A stretch of DNA of 64,000 bases, taken from the NCBI RefSeq assembly GCF_006345805.1, contig NC_042999.1:75516001-75580000 (forward strand). Direction: 5' to 3'. Made by a program: the position numbers and the translations under genes. Of the stretch, positions 26,810 to 39,990 are shown in pieces (the stretch's first letter is position 1; every line of letters starts with the position of its first letter). The stretch is from Octopus sinensis (taxonomy: Eukaryota). Under the pieces are notes generated by a model. The model had not been told where the DNA came from and made no database searches. It saw only the letters and a program-made list of their open reading frames with translations.

Positions 26810-26995
26810 CTTCTGCCTGTATTAGGGCTGGTATATAAACGTGCATCTTTTATTGCTTTTCATTTACTTTGAGAAAGGGCATAACTCGAAACGTCAGATT
26901 CTCTCTTGTGCCTTTCTCTCAATCACTTGTTTCTATATTTTCGATTTTTTTTACTCCTCCTTTTACTATTGTTATTCGTTTTATCTGTGTGACAC
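26810..26995 (+). mobile_element. PLE-type terminal repeat with TATA-like GTATATAAAC and degraded hammerhead (26869-26898)
   Basis: TTGAGAA-A-GGGC ata ACTC-GAAACGTC-AGA. Confidence 0.45.
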
Positions 26996-27065
26996 ACACA
27001 CGCACACACACACATGCACACACCCCGCACGCACACACACAAATATACAGACGTGTGTGTAAGTG

Positions 27066-27350
27066 AAGGCGCGTGGTTTAGTGGTTAGGGCGTTCGGATC
27101 ACGATCGTAAATTTGAGAGTTCAGTTCCCGACGGCGCTTTGTGCCCTTGAGCAAGACACTTTATTTCATGGGTCTCGAATTCACTCAACAGGCAAAAATG
27201 AGTTGTACCTATATTTCAAAGGGCCACCCTTATCACTTTGTGTATCACGTTGAATCTCCCTGAGAACTATGTTAAAGGTAGGTGTGCCTGTGGAGTGCTT
27301 AGCTACGTTCGGACCCTGGTTGTCGTACCCGAGTGAGTGCCAGTTTAGTG
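27066..27350 (+). mobile_element. Family C SINE
   Basis: GGCGCGTGGTTTAGTGGTTAGG...CCTTGAGCAAGACACTTTATTTCA. Confidence 0.8.
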
Positions 27351-27791
27351 ATGCGTATGCGTGTGTGCTTATGTTTGGGTGTGTGCTTATGTATGTATGT
27401 ATATATGCATATATATTTGTATACATATACTTATACACACACATGCAGATTATATATAGATATAGATATGAAAAGATATATGCATATATTATCTTCTCTT
27501 TCATTCTTTTTGTTACTCCTTTCCACTGGAGCAGTTCTTCTCATAGAGAAAAGCTATTAGGGCAGAAGATAAGTAAAACTTGCTATGTTTAATAGCATTA
27601 CGATGGCTTTAAACTCATCCAATACCATGGCGATTAAAGAATTATATGGAAGTTTGAGTGGGTGTAAATCCACTGATTTTCTTTTTTTTTTTTGTTGGAG
27701 CTGTTTCTTGTCGAGTTGGGAAGTGCTGCACTCGCACATCGAAGTATTATTTCTCTCTCCATGTTTCTACTGTATTACAGAAATATACAGA

Positions 27792-28210
27792 AAGGCGGCG
27801 AGCTGCCAGAAACGTTAGCACGCCGGGGAATTGCTTAGCAGTATTTCGTCTGCCGCTACGTCTGAGTTCAAATTCCGCCGAGGTCGACCTTGCCTCTCAT
27901 CCTTTCGGGGTCGATAAATTAAGTACCAGTTACGTACTGGGGTCGATATAATCGACTTAATCCGTTTGTCTGTCCTTGTTTGTCCTCTCTATGTTTAGCC
28001 CTTTGTGGGTAGTAAAAAAATAGGTATTTCGTCTCGCGCTACGTCCTGAGTTCAAAATTCCGCCGAGGTCGACTTTACCTTTCATCCTTTCGGGGACGAT
28101 GAAATAAATGCCAGTTAATCACTTGGGTCGATATAATCGACTTAATCCGTTTGTTTGTCCTTGTTTGTCCCCTCTGTGTGTAGACCCTTGTGGGCAGTAA
28201 AGAAATAAGA
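27792..28210 (+). mobile_element. Family B SINE as a tandem: full copy plus 5'-truncated second copy from ~28021
   Basis: AAGGCGGCGAGCTGCCAGAAACGTTAGCACGCCGGG head; the block GGTCGATATAATCGACTTAATCCGTTTG occurs twice. Confidence 0.9.
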
Positions 28211-29569
28211 AATTTACAGAAACAACCCAATACGCACACACATGCGCGCGCGTATACACAGATTGGTACGAAGCGAAAAAAGAATTTAAATGCCTCATCA
28301 TAGAATCGAAACCACAACGTAAATTCGTTTTGTCGAATATCCACCACTCTCATGCATGCGCATAACGCATAACTGTGTGTTTCCCCTTGCTTTTAGTGTT
28401 TTAGTCACCTGTACAATGTAATACACGCATACACCGTTCCTTTAATTGACTATTAAACAATATATAAACATACATATGTGTGTGTATGTAAGCGTGTGTG
28501 TGTGCATGTGTGTGTGTGTATGTGTGTATGTGTGTGTGTGTGTGTGTGTGTGTAATTTACTTGACTATTAAACAACCTGTTAATTACTCATTTTATTTCT
28601 TACTCTCTACCAATCGGTGCCGCCCCATATTGTCTAATGGCAGATGGATTGGAAGTGACAATGGGTAAAGGTGGAAAAAAGGTTATACAAGTAATAAAGG
28701 AGAAAAAGAGTAACAGAGTAGAAGTTGTAAAAACAGTAGAATGAATATTAAAAATAAAAAAGAAAGGGAAAAAATCCAAAAGAACAGCGACAATGTATAA
28801 CTAACTCAGCGCTGCTAAAACTCTCTTTTGTATCACACTTCCGTTTGGCTTTCTGTTATGGCATAACCCTAGGCCGACTTCATGTCTGTTTTGTCCTCCC
28901 CTCTCTTTTCAATGTTTTAGGCACCTGTATAATAGAATACAATAGAGTACATGTTACGGGGATGTACGATCAAGCTTCAGGAAATCGATCAGGGCGTGAA
29001 ACGATTCTAATATACACGCGTATATCCATTTGCAAATGTATTTTTCCATATAGATCAACATGGATGCACAAAATTAAAAGGAAATTCATATTTGTTTGAA
29101 TATTGAAACGGCCGTATAATCTTTTAGAAATCTTTTCACACTGGTACCGTGTTTAACATTGTCAGATGTGACTGCCAACCAGTTTTAATTGTTCGAATCT
29201 AAAGAAATGTGTGTAATCAAACAAGAAGCTTTTAGATGAATCTATTTATAAAAAAAAAAAGAGAAAAAATACTAAAGAAAATGAAAACTCCAACAAAACA
29301 TACAAAAGATTCAGTGAAGCGTTGTTTGTATACACAGCTCGAGGTGAGTAAAATCTAAAGAGAATAAGCGCATTGCTGTTATTGTCGTTTTTGCTTTCTT
29401 TTTATATTGAAAAGTACTTGAGTGTTGCACATGGCCTAAGTCGATGAATTATCTGACTATAAGCTGAGAGGTTGATGGTTCGCATCCTGCTAGCAGCAAC
29501 ACCAATTGCTTAGGTGAACGTTTAGTTATTTCTGCCCCACTAGTTCGACAAGAGGTAGACCCCCTACTA

Positions 29570-31070
29570 TAACCTCAATGGCCAAGAAGACCTCTAGAGA
29601 GGGATGGAACGGGTTGACCAGAGCTATACGGACCTCCGAAAACTACGATCAGGTTAAAAACATGATCGCACATGCAGTGGGTGTGAGTACCCGAGTCACA
29701 CTTAAGATCCACATATTCAAGTTTAATAACAAGATATATGCTCGAGAGGAAGGTGCAGCCATCGGTTTCAATATCACTGGCGATGAGGCTAACTTATTTA
29801 TGGTATGGTGAGATAGGAGACTCAGATAGATAGTTACAGAGAACTCCATAACCCTAACCATGTACTACCGCTATGTGAATGATGGCAACATAATGGCCAA
29901 AGCACCTCCACAAGTCAATGTCGATGATTTAAAAGCTAACTCTATGGAGAACATCCAGTAAATAGCTAACTTCATCCACCAGAGTATTAAAGTAACAATA
30001 GACTACCCTGGCAAGCATCCGAACTATAGGCTGCCGTTTTTAGATACGAAACTCTGGCTGGAAACTAAGAATAGTAAGATCCAGATCCTTCATTCCCATT
30101 TATGCCAAATCCATGGCTTCTAAATACCTGGTTCACAAGAACGCAGCTTTTGTAGACAATAGCGGACTTGGTGAGAATGATGAAGAATGCGTCCCGCATA
30201 TGCGACCCAATGGAACTGGAAAGACACATACAACACTTCATCTACCGCATGTAATTTACTGACTACAACCAAAGGGACAGGATTAGAGTGTACAAAGGAG
30301 CCAGAGCTAAGCATAAGGCCAGCATAGAGAGTAAGGCAAATGGAATCTGCTCGCTATACAGGAGTAAATCCTGGAGCAGCACAGAAAGGACCAGTAAAAG
30401 AAAGATAAGGCCAACTCATGGTATGACAACAAAAAATACCAGAGTATAATGTTCGTTGATGTTACCCCTGACAGTGAATTGGCATACCATTTTTAGAAAA
30501 GCATTAGTTAATGTAAATCTCCGGATTAATGTACTAGAAAGGCCAGGAACCCCCATAAAATCCCTGATCTGTAGAACTTATCTCTTCGATACATCCCCAT
30601 GTACGGAGAACAATTGCATAGTATGTAGGATGAACCCATAGGTTCACTGTAAGATTAGAAATGTAGTCTATAGCTTACGGTGTACTGAGTAACAGTTCAG
30701 AAACAAGACAACAACTTACCTTGTGGAGACGGCATGCAGCATAGGGGAGCGAATAAGTGAAAACTGGTTGGACGATAGCGGTATCAACAATATAAAGGGC
30801 ACGGATACGAACAGTGTAGCGAACAAGCCCATAAACACACACATAAGTACACATGCAAAGCACATAAACATGCACACGCACGCACACACGCATACACACA
30901 CGCACACACACACATACACACACACGAACAGATACAGACGCAAACGCATGCCTAGATAAGGATACACATCATAGGACAAATGGATTAAGCGGAGCAGAGG
31001 ATACATGTGGATACATGTGGAAAAGGGTCACTGAAGAGGTCACAAACATGTGACGAAAGATTTCCAGACA
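29570..31070 (+). mobile_element. Second, divergent Penelope-like element (RT plus GIY-YIG), decayed
   Basis: GAAIGFNITGDEANLFMVW, YYRYVNDGN, DYPGKHPNYRLPFLDTKLW, and CKIRNVVYSLRCTE...ETACSIGERISE. An HHR-like core CTGAAGA-G-GTCAC aaacat GTGAC-GAAA lies at 31031-31058. Confidence 0.75.
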
Positions 31071-32583
31071 ATAGACATAAGATAAAATAAGAACAGTAAT
31101 AAATGAGTGGAGAACGGACATATAGTGTGTGTGTGTTTATTCGGCAAAAAAAAAAAAAATGACCATTCCGAAATATAACAAGGTCCTTACATTCTGTTGT
31201 AGAAAACAGTAATTTATTATTGAAATATAAAACAAAAATATTAAAAATCACTTAGTTTTTTACTCAATTGCTTGGCCCTTTCTGGTGTTCGTTTCACTTT
31301 TTCTCAAGAAAATATGTTGCCCATTCCTGAATCATATATTTAGTAAGGTAATAAATTATTTAAACACGGAGGCTTTTTTACCACCATCTGATATAATGTC
31401 GACCTACTCTAAAAGAAACTGTTTTATAAAACTTCTAAATCGCAACTAAATTCTGAAAATCCGCTATCTGGATCAAAATTCATCTGTTATATCTTGATTT
31501 CCCCAAACTTATCTACGCATCCTATTCTGAACTAATTGCATATGGATGTCTCCTAGCCTTTAAAACGTAGATAAAAATACAGTTCTTTCGTGAATGCCAA
31601 CGATGTCTAATACCAGTGCTTAGTAGCAGTTCCTGCGTACCAGAGTGGGGGAGAGAGCGAACAAGATACAGAGAGAGAGAGAGACAGACAAACATACAGA
31701 CAGAGGCAGAGAGACAGAGACAGAGTGAGAGATCATTCTTTGCATAACACGCATGCATATGTATACATTCGATTACATGCACATACACACATTCATATGC
31801 TTATTGTAGGGTACAGCGCTTTACGAAAGCAAACCGTGGTCCTTGCGCTTGCCATCTACACCTAGCAATCTGTAGAGTTTCTCAAAATTAAGTTGGGCAA
31901 AAGCAAATCTGGTCATGGACAGGCTGGAAGCATATCACAGGAAGCTTTACTTGCTGGCAAAATTGTTCTCAGCCCACTAAACATTCTTCAATTTGTCTCA
32001 GCTCTGCTTTTAGACGTGACTTGTAATTCTTTATTTTTAACTTAACGCTAAGTGAATTTACTGGTTAAGTCATGTCTTGACCAACTAAGCGAGTTAAAGA
32101 ACACCTTCTTTGGATGGATTCTTCATAGAAGTGTATAAATAAAGTTACTTTCCGCTATTTAATCGGTCGCTGCTCCTAATGTTCTAACTTAAATGTACAA
32201 ATGCAGCTTCTGGCTTACAATACTGTATGTTCTATTTAAACAGAACGTTAAATAATGAACGTTATTAGCTTAGTAGAATACATAGTCACGAGCAAAATAA
32301 ATATTTGTGCTAAATGCCCATACATTCAAACACCAATGACCATTTACACACGCGATTACACAAAGAAACTAGGAAGTTCCATATGTTCACATTGAACGCA
32401 AATTCTTGAGTAGGAAGTCCTGCAAAGAGAAGAAAGAATTCCACATACGATTTATTAGGATACTGGTACATATACACAAGTAAATACATATCTCATTCTT
32501 TTTATTTACCTACGCTTTCTCTTTTCTGTGTATGATGTATGTGTGTGTCTGTGTGTGTGTATAGATAGATAGATAGATAGAAT

Positions 32584-32627
<44 letters not shown>

Positions 32628-32630
<3 letters not shown>

Positions 32631-33039
32631 GTCGTCGTCGACTTACGACTGATCGACTTAACGACGATTGGCGCACCAGCTCCCGGCAGCAATGATATAT
32701 AGTCCAGTTGGAATCTAATGGGCTTAATTTCTTAGAAATTAACCTGTCTACGGATGACGTCAGCTAACAAACGACATCAAAGATGCACAGCCGAGCACCA
32801 GTCTACAATAAATTTTTATGTAAGTTTTGCAATTGATTCTTACACTACATTGTATATTTCTTGTATTTGCATTCTTTGGTACTTTTCTATGAACAAATAA
32901 CACTGTTGTAGTATAATATAGAATGTTGCGCGTGACTTTTACGTCATAAGTTACATTAAGAATGTAAAAATATAAAACAAAGCTATGTAGGCCTAAAGGC
33001 CGACTTACGATCAAATCGACTTACGACCAAATCGACTTA

Positions 33040-33040
<1 letters not shown>
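32628..33040 (+). mobile_element. Truncated pogo/Tigger-like MITE
   Basis: TA-CAGGTCGTCGTCGACTTACGAC terminus with repeated CGACTTACGA units; right TIR missing. Confidence 0.6.
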
Positions 33041-33114
<74 letters not shown>

Positions 33115-33137
33115 ATCTATCTATCTATCTATCTATC

Positions 33138-33215
<78 letters not shown>

Positions 33216-33219
33216 ATAT

Positions 33220-33262
<43 letters not shown>

Positions 33263-33344
33263 ATATATATATACATGCATACATACATACATAATGCATG
33301 CATAAGTGTATATACATATGTATTAATCTATCTATTTGTCTATG

Positions 33345-33643
33345 CTTAGGGGTTAGCGTATTCAGCTCACAATTGTAAGATCGTGAGTTCAATTCCTGTT
33401 TGCATGTTGTGTTCTTGAGCAAGATATTTTATTTTATTTTACTCCAGTCCCCTTAGCTGTCAAAAATGAGTTTTACCTGTAATTTAAAGGAGCAGCAATG
33501 TCACATTCTGCGTCACGTTGAGAACTACGTGAAGAGTATGCGTGGTGTGCCCGTGGAGTGCTCAGCCACTTGCACGTTAATTTCACACAAATAGGCTGTT
33601 CCACTGATCGACCCAACTGGAACACTCGTCGTCATAACCAACA

Positions 33644-33645
<2 letters not shown>
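33345..33645 (+). mobile_element. Family C SINE
   Basis: GGTTAGCGTATTCAGCTCACAATTGTAAG...GTGTTCTTGAGCAAG. Confidence 0.75.
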
Positions 33646-33695
<50 letters not shown>

Positions 33696-34084
33696 TAATG
33701 ACTTCCCTAGTTTGGTTCTGTTTTAGCATGATTAGAATTCATATTTTGGACTAAAATAGATGTGCAGGATAAAAAATCTTAATAGTATTTTTATTAAGAA
33801 CTTTATAATGTCTGTGTTGCGTCGGGAGTATCCATTAACTATTTCTTAGAAAAATTTGCTTATATTGATAGTTACCTGAACGTTATACGGAGGAGTGAAC
33901 CGAGTGAACCAGATTCTCATTTTTCTAGTCCTAATATTAAGTATTCTAATGATTAGTTCAGTGTAATTGATTTTAAATCCACTTTCATACTGGGTCAAAG
34001 TATTATAATTAAAAGAAAAAAAATCATTACCGTCTCTATTCCGTTGCTTACCCCCAAGCAGTTGAACAAAGAGCCACAGAATAT

Positions 34085-34325
34085 TTGGAATCAAAGAAGA
34101 AGAAGAAGAAAGAAGAGAAGAAGAAGAAGAAGAAGAAGAAGAGAAGAAGAAGAAGAAGAAGAAGAAGAAGAAGAAGAAGAAGAAGAAGAAGAAGAAGAAG
34201 AAGGAGGAGGACGACGACGACGACGACGACGATGACGACGACGACGATGACGACGACGAGGAGGACGACGGCAACGGCGATGATGACGAGGAAGAGGAAG
34301 AGAAAAATGACGAAGAAAAAAGGTA
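34085..34325. repeat. (GAA)n/(GAC)n/(GAT)n compound trinucleotide repeat
   Basis: Direct tandem repeats. Confidence 0.95.
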
Positions 34326-35069
34326 GATAAAGGCAAAGTAGAAAATGCAGTAGCAATGGTGAGAGGTAAAAATACAACATGCCATGTAAACACCATATGC
34401 CACCATGACAGGCGGCTTATATCCGGTAGTTTATGGCTAGCTATGACTCTGTTTCTTCTGTATATTGACATACAACAGCGATTTATTAAAAAACGGCCAT
34501 TTTGTTGCATTTATTTATGTTGTTGTTCTTCTTGATGATGCACTTTTTTTTGCTGTTGTAGTTTTACCGTTTTGTTTCAATAGAACCTACCAGCTTTTGA
34601 TGTAGTCAATCATTTGGTCAACGAGCCACCAAGACAAATGTTTGACAAATTGATACTTTATGTTTACTGTTGCATTGACGAACGAAGGAAGTGAGCAGGA
34701 GAAAAACAGAAGATAAAAGAGATTTGCTGATGGTGGAACCAAGAGAAAGTAGAGAGCGAGTGTACACTTTATTCAGAAACATTAGTACTACCGCCTTAAA
34801 ACAAATTCTTCGAAAAGGATAATTCAGAAATTTCTTATTTTGCTTCCAATTTAAAAAAATCTTTCGTGCTTTTTTTATTTGTGTACTTTTAAGTTGATTG
34901 AAATAATAGATTGCTTATTGGTATAACACAGGATTTAATGTAATTTAAATGCTAAGAATCAGAGTGAATTGAGCAAATGGATTAACTTCCAAATACCAAT
35001 ACATAGAACATAGTTCACTCCAAATATTTTGATATGTTTCTTAAGAAATACACTTGTTACAATTTGAGG

Positions 35070-35209
35070 GCGATAGATTGCAGAATCGATAGAGCATCAG
35101 CAAAAATGTTTTGCAGTATTTTGTTCCGGCTCTTCACGCTCTGAATTCAAGCCCTGCCAATGTCGACTTTTCTTTTCATCATTTTAAGGTCGATATGATA
35201 AAGCGATAG
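35070..35209 (+). mobile_element. Degenerate family B SINE interrupted by the hAT element
   Basis: GCAGAATCGATAGAGCATC...GTCGACTTTTCTTTTCATC. Confidence 0.65.
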
Positions 35210-35805
35210 CAGGGCCGTCGCTAAGCCCCTGCAACCCTTGCGGTTGCTGGGGGCCTCCGCGGTTGAAGGGCCCCATGTTAAGATTAAAGTACATAGTTGA
35301 GTCATCTATTTACTTTGGTTAAGATGTTGAACAAGAATTAAACTATGTTAATTGAAATTTCAAGAAAGAAAATGGTAATACATTGTACCTGCAAAAATTA
35401 TTGTAAAAAATACTACATTGTATCATGAACGTGTACCAGACTGTGTGGATTGTCTACGATATCTATTGAACACGAACTTAGCTCTCAGCTTGATAATTCT
35501 GAACTGATTGATGATTTTGCGAAGCGAAAATGCGCCGTGCTTGTCTTTGAAAGTTTCCTGGATTAAAGTGCTCTTTTATTCATATCTGGAAGTTTTACTT
35601 ATTGAAATTTGTAATAGATCTAAATAAAATTAACTTGTACTTTTAAAGATGTTCTTTAGGATAACTTGAAATATTGAACTTCAGATAGAATAAAGTAAAA
35701 TATAGCTATGAATAAAAGGCGCGTAAATTATAAATTTTGATTGATGGGATGGGGCCTCGAAACAAAAAGTCGTAGGGGGCCTCTAAAATTCACGCGACGA
35801 AGCTG
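35210..35805 (+). mobile_element. Non-autonomous hAT transposon
   Basis: Termini CAGGGCCGTCGC and GCGACGAAGCTG; 8-bp flanks AGCGATAG and AATGATAG (6/8, decayed TSD); internal ISIEHELSSQLDNSELIDDFAKRK matches the hAT dimerisation-domain end. Confidence 0.75.
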
Positions 35806-36759
35806 AATGATAGTCAGGTCCTCGTGTGCTTAGCACCCGCCTCCTTTCAAGGTTTTGTAGCTTTGGGCCTAAATTACCAATAATTGTTTTAGCTCTTGTT
35901 ATTGAAGAACCTCTTACAACTCTGTTAACTGGAAATTCTATATGTATCTAACGTTCCCCGCGCTATTCCTAAAATTAGGCACTGAAAATGCACATTTTGT
36001 GGATATATTGCTATATTGATGACAGTATGGAAAGTCCTTGAATGTAAAAGAAGATAAGCAATATAGAGCTGAATCATTTCTAAAGCTAATAATACTAGAC
36101 GGTTCAGGCAGGCCAAATGATTTTGGAAGCAAATTTCTAGCTCAAGGCAAGCATCTGTGCAGGGTAAAACATTTGAAATATGCAAGCTGGATAGGTAGCA
36201 AGGAAATCATATATAGGGAGGTTAAATTTATGGTAAAGAGGGCAATTAGAACCGCAGGCAGATCAGTGCTCATTTTTGCTGAAAATTATTGAAGAAGCAT
36301 AAAGTCTATAACCGTCTATTCCGCTGCAGAAATACGCAAGAATTCATTTTTGAAGAAGATGGAAATCTATGCCATACATACAAGCGCTCACACATGTAAA
36401 ATATACAAACGCCCAGACACACATACACACAGTGCGCGCACGCGAGTATATATAGTCTATGAATGAAAGAAATGGAATAGGAGCACCGAAAGCATCTTAC
36501 ATAACTCAAAAGTGCTACGTAATTATTCGGTGCCCTTCTCATCAGGCATTTTCCACCTATCAATTAGAGATCCTTTACCGTAATGAATTCGTAATGGAAC
36601 CGGAAAAAGTTGTACTCTTCAACAGCCGAAGGGACAATGGAAATAGGGACTGATCAAGTTGTCAGTCATGTGCCTCGTCTTCAAATTACTTCAACGAGTT
36701 AGAATAGGGTGTGGTTTTAACGATGTCAGTTCCTTTTCTGTATAAATATATTTATTTCC

Positions 36760-36940
36760 CAAGCTGGACGAGACGCCTGTTCATCGCAGCGTTACTCATT
36801 TTTGTCAGCTGAGTGGACTGGAGCAACGTGAAATGAAGTGTTTTGCTCAAGAGCACAACGCGTCACCCGGTCCAGGAATCGAAACCACAATGTTACGATC
36901 ATGGTGCTGACACCTAACCACTAAGCCATGCGCCTCCACA
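36760..36940 (-). mobile_element. Family C SINE
   Basis: Reverse complement closely matches 23513-23655. Confidence 0.85.
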
Positions 36941-36959
36941 TTTAGTTACAAAAAGAAGC

Positions 36960-37130
36960 AATATCGATGGTTGAAGTCAATCGATTAAGTTGATCTCAGT
37001 AGTAAGCTGGTGCTTAATTTTATCCATCTCGGAAGGATAAAAGGTAAAGTTGATGTTGATAGAATTTTATCTCAGAACATTAAAAGCCGGATCACATATC
37101 GCATGGTATTTTGTCCGATGCTCTTATGCT
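36960..37130 (-). mobile_element. Degenerate family B SINE
   Basis: GGAAGGATAAAAGGTAAAGTTGA...CTCAGAAC. Confidence 0.6.
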
Positions 37131-37762
37131 ACAGGTAGTCCATTACAAGGATTAAAAACTAAAACAAATTTTACGACGTAGCTCTTCGAAAACAATCAAC
37201 AACTTTTTTACAGCAAAGTAAACGGAGTCATCGAAAGTTAAGTTTTTTCTCTTTTTGTTTTCATCAACATATAGGCAGAACAGAATGAGAAACGACATTC
37301 AAAACAGGCATCAGAAGACCTTTCAAATCAGCAGTGTACGTCAATTATAAAAGTAACACGCGGGGAGCCAAACGGGGCTGACGAAAAAGAAAGAAATAGA
37401 AAATTATTTTAGGTAGACCATACATAAATAAAAAATATTTCTAAGAGTAACTGAATGCATTTTGTATGTATGAATTAGTAATTTGTCAAGCAGACCAAGA
37501 CAGCTCGAATTCTCGTTTCTGTGAGATAATTAAGATTTCGCTCTATAGTAGAATTAACATTTGAAAAGAAATGCTGATAACATCGTGGTGTTGTCATGAC
37601 TACATCCGATAAACACTCACCAGTTTTGACCCGCAGATCGACAATTGAGCAATACGTCTATTATAGTAAGAAATTGAAAAATCGAAATTATATGCGTACA
37701 TTTATTTACCCATACACGCACGCTCACGTGTGCACACACTCATACACACACACACATACACA

Positions 37763-37801
<39 letters not shown>

Positions 37802-37908
37802 ATGTGTGCTCGCACGTATATAGATGCATGTGTGTGTGTGTGCGAGTGCTGAGTATGTGGGCGTATGTTCTATTTATGTATTTAAAAAGAAATAGGGAAA
37901 AGGAAAGA

Positions 37909-37944
<36 letters not shown>

Positions 37945-38344
37945 AGAGGGAGATACGACAAGTGAAAAGATCAGAATAAGAAACAAAACAAAAAAAAAAT
38001 CCAGACTATTTTAACAGATGTTTCATTCAGCGAAATGGAAAATATAATAAAATAAAACTTACATTAATAAAAAAAAAATCCCATCTTGATAAAATAGTTA
38101 TTATCCACTTGAATTTGATAGATAGAACTGTATATTTAAAAGCTTACAAGTATTTCGTGAATGTACTAAAAATTATTTTATAATTGAGATAAACTCGACG
38201 ATTATACCTACCTCGTTAAATAGTTTATGACAGGTTTCACCTTTCCTGCTGCTTAGTTTCCGCTTTCTTGAACCAAGTTAACACGGGAATGAAAAGTGTA
38301 ATTTTATTTGTAATACGGTAAGAAAATAAACTTCGATTAAAGAG

Positions 38345-38386
<42 letters not shown>

Positions 38387-38500
38387 TGTGTGTGTGTGTG
38401 TGAGTGTGTGTGTGTGTGTGTGTGTGAATGTCTATATGGAGAGAGAGATGTTCAAGTGTGTGTGTGTAAATATATGCATTCAATATATATTTATGAATAT

Positions 38501-38715
38501 CAAGGCAGCGAGGAGGTAGAATCGTTAGCACGGCGGGGAAAGTGCTCAGCGGCATGACGTCTGTGTTTATGGTCCGAGTTCAAATGCCGAGATTGAGTCT
38601 GCTTTTCACTCTTTCGGGTCGACAAAATAAATACCATTTCAGTGCTGGAGTCAATGTAATCATCTAACCCTACTCCTCCGAAAATTGCTGGCTTATGCCA
38701 AACTTTGAAACCAAT
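38501..38715 (+). mobile_element. Family B SINE
   Basis: AAGGCAGCGAG...AGAATCGTTAGCACGGCGGGG head. Confidence 0.8.
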
Positions 38716-38768
38716 AAATATTTATATATGTTCATTTTTATATTCATATATCTGTATATAAATATCCG

Positions 38769-38850
<82 letters not shown>

Positions 38851-38867
38851 GTGTGTTTGTATGTATG

Positions 38868-38898
<31 letters not shown>

Positions 38899-39009
38899 CA
38901 CAAAAACTCAGACACGTATACACTTGCACAAACAGACAAATACACACATGATAACCAGAGTTATAAGTAATAATTTCTAATTTAGTTTCATAAACAGTGG
39001 TTTTTATAG

Positions 39010-39990
39010 ATTCAATCGACCTCGAATAGGTAGCGCTCCTCGCTCCCGATAGCCAAGGACATCTGGAAACTACATATTGCTAAAGTGGAACATCTACCGA
39101 TCTCATAGCCCGACTAGCAGTGAGCTATGAGCACTTGACGACACCCATCCTGCCAGGTACCCAGTCTCGGTCTTCACTCAAGACTGTAGCTCCTGGAGAC
39201 GAGGTGCAGAAAGACGTGCCTCACAAACGGAACACACACGTTCACCGTCCAGAAATCGTTGCATGTGACGCAACCTGAGCGTATGTCTGCACATCAGAAA
39301 GCATGGCATACCTAACCCGCTACTAAGACGGTACTGGCAGTTGACTGACTTCATGACCATTGGAACACGTCTCTTAACGCAAGAAAATAAAAATATCTCA
39401 AATTGATCAAGCAGTAACCAAAGTCGTACATGATGTTCAAGTGATAAATAATCTCTGTTCGATCTTCCAAGGACAACTTCCTCTCAGCCCAATCCTGGGT
39501 AAAACTGGCCAATCTATTCGTCATCTCATCCCAGTTCTTATCTACTTGGAGGCCGGGAACGAACCAGACCCCGAGCAGTTTAACTGGTCCGTCAGTCCAG
39601 CGTCCAACGACCGTTTACTTTGAGCACCGAGCAGTTACCGCTGTGCATTGCAGCGATCCAGCCTCTGAAAACGGATCCGAAACCGACTGTATTGAGGACA
39701 GCTTCCAAGTAGCGGTGGTCGACCCTGTCAAATGCTTCAGATTGATCCAAATTGATTAGAGCTCCATCGAAGCCAGCTTTAGTCCCAGCTCTCTATATAA
39801 TGTACCGCATAATATGGCGGTTGTCGTGGATAGACCTGTTCAAGATTGCACTTCCCCGTCCAGACTTATACAATAAAATATTCATCCCTGGTTCTCATCG
39901 TACTTTAACTCGCATTTTATCCATCTGTATTCAATTCATTCTTTCCCGAAAGCATTTGCTTCTCGACACAAGAAAACGTGTGACTGTTCG
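39010..39990 (-). mobile_element. Older, internally deleted Tx1-like LINE fragments
   Basis: LINLDQSEAFDRVDHRYLEAVL (RT) and GLGMPCFLMCRHTLRLRHMQRFLDGERV, homologous to the 24 kb ORF. Confidence 0.8.

Noticed and set aside
28921-29099. Plus-strand exon after a strong polypyrimidine tract
   Set aside because: No credible donor before the stop and no homology recognised.
29420-29500. tRNA gene
   Set aside because: A- and B-box-like motifs are present but no convincing cloverleaf; it and similar hits are SINE heads.
32996-33040. CRISPR-like short direct repeats (CGACTTACGA)
   Set aside because: Eukaryotic context, no unique spacers; these are subterminal repeats of a Tigger-like element.
33876-33930. 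Minus-strand exon with a CAG|GTAACT donor
   Set aside because: No polypyrimidine tract at the acceptor and no recognisable peptide.
33846-34510. Long poly-Ser/Phe/Arg/Glu ORFs
   Set aside because: Read-through of (GAA)n/(GAC)n repeats with no coding context.
36038-36292. 84-aa non-repetitive ORF
   Set aside because: Short, TTG start, no motif or splice support; expected by chance.
36480-36552. Hammerhead suggested by CTGATGA on the minus strand and a GCACCGAA/TTCGGTGC inverted repeat
   Set aside because: CUGANGA and GAAA elements lie on opposite strands and do not assemble into a three-way junction.
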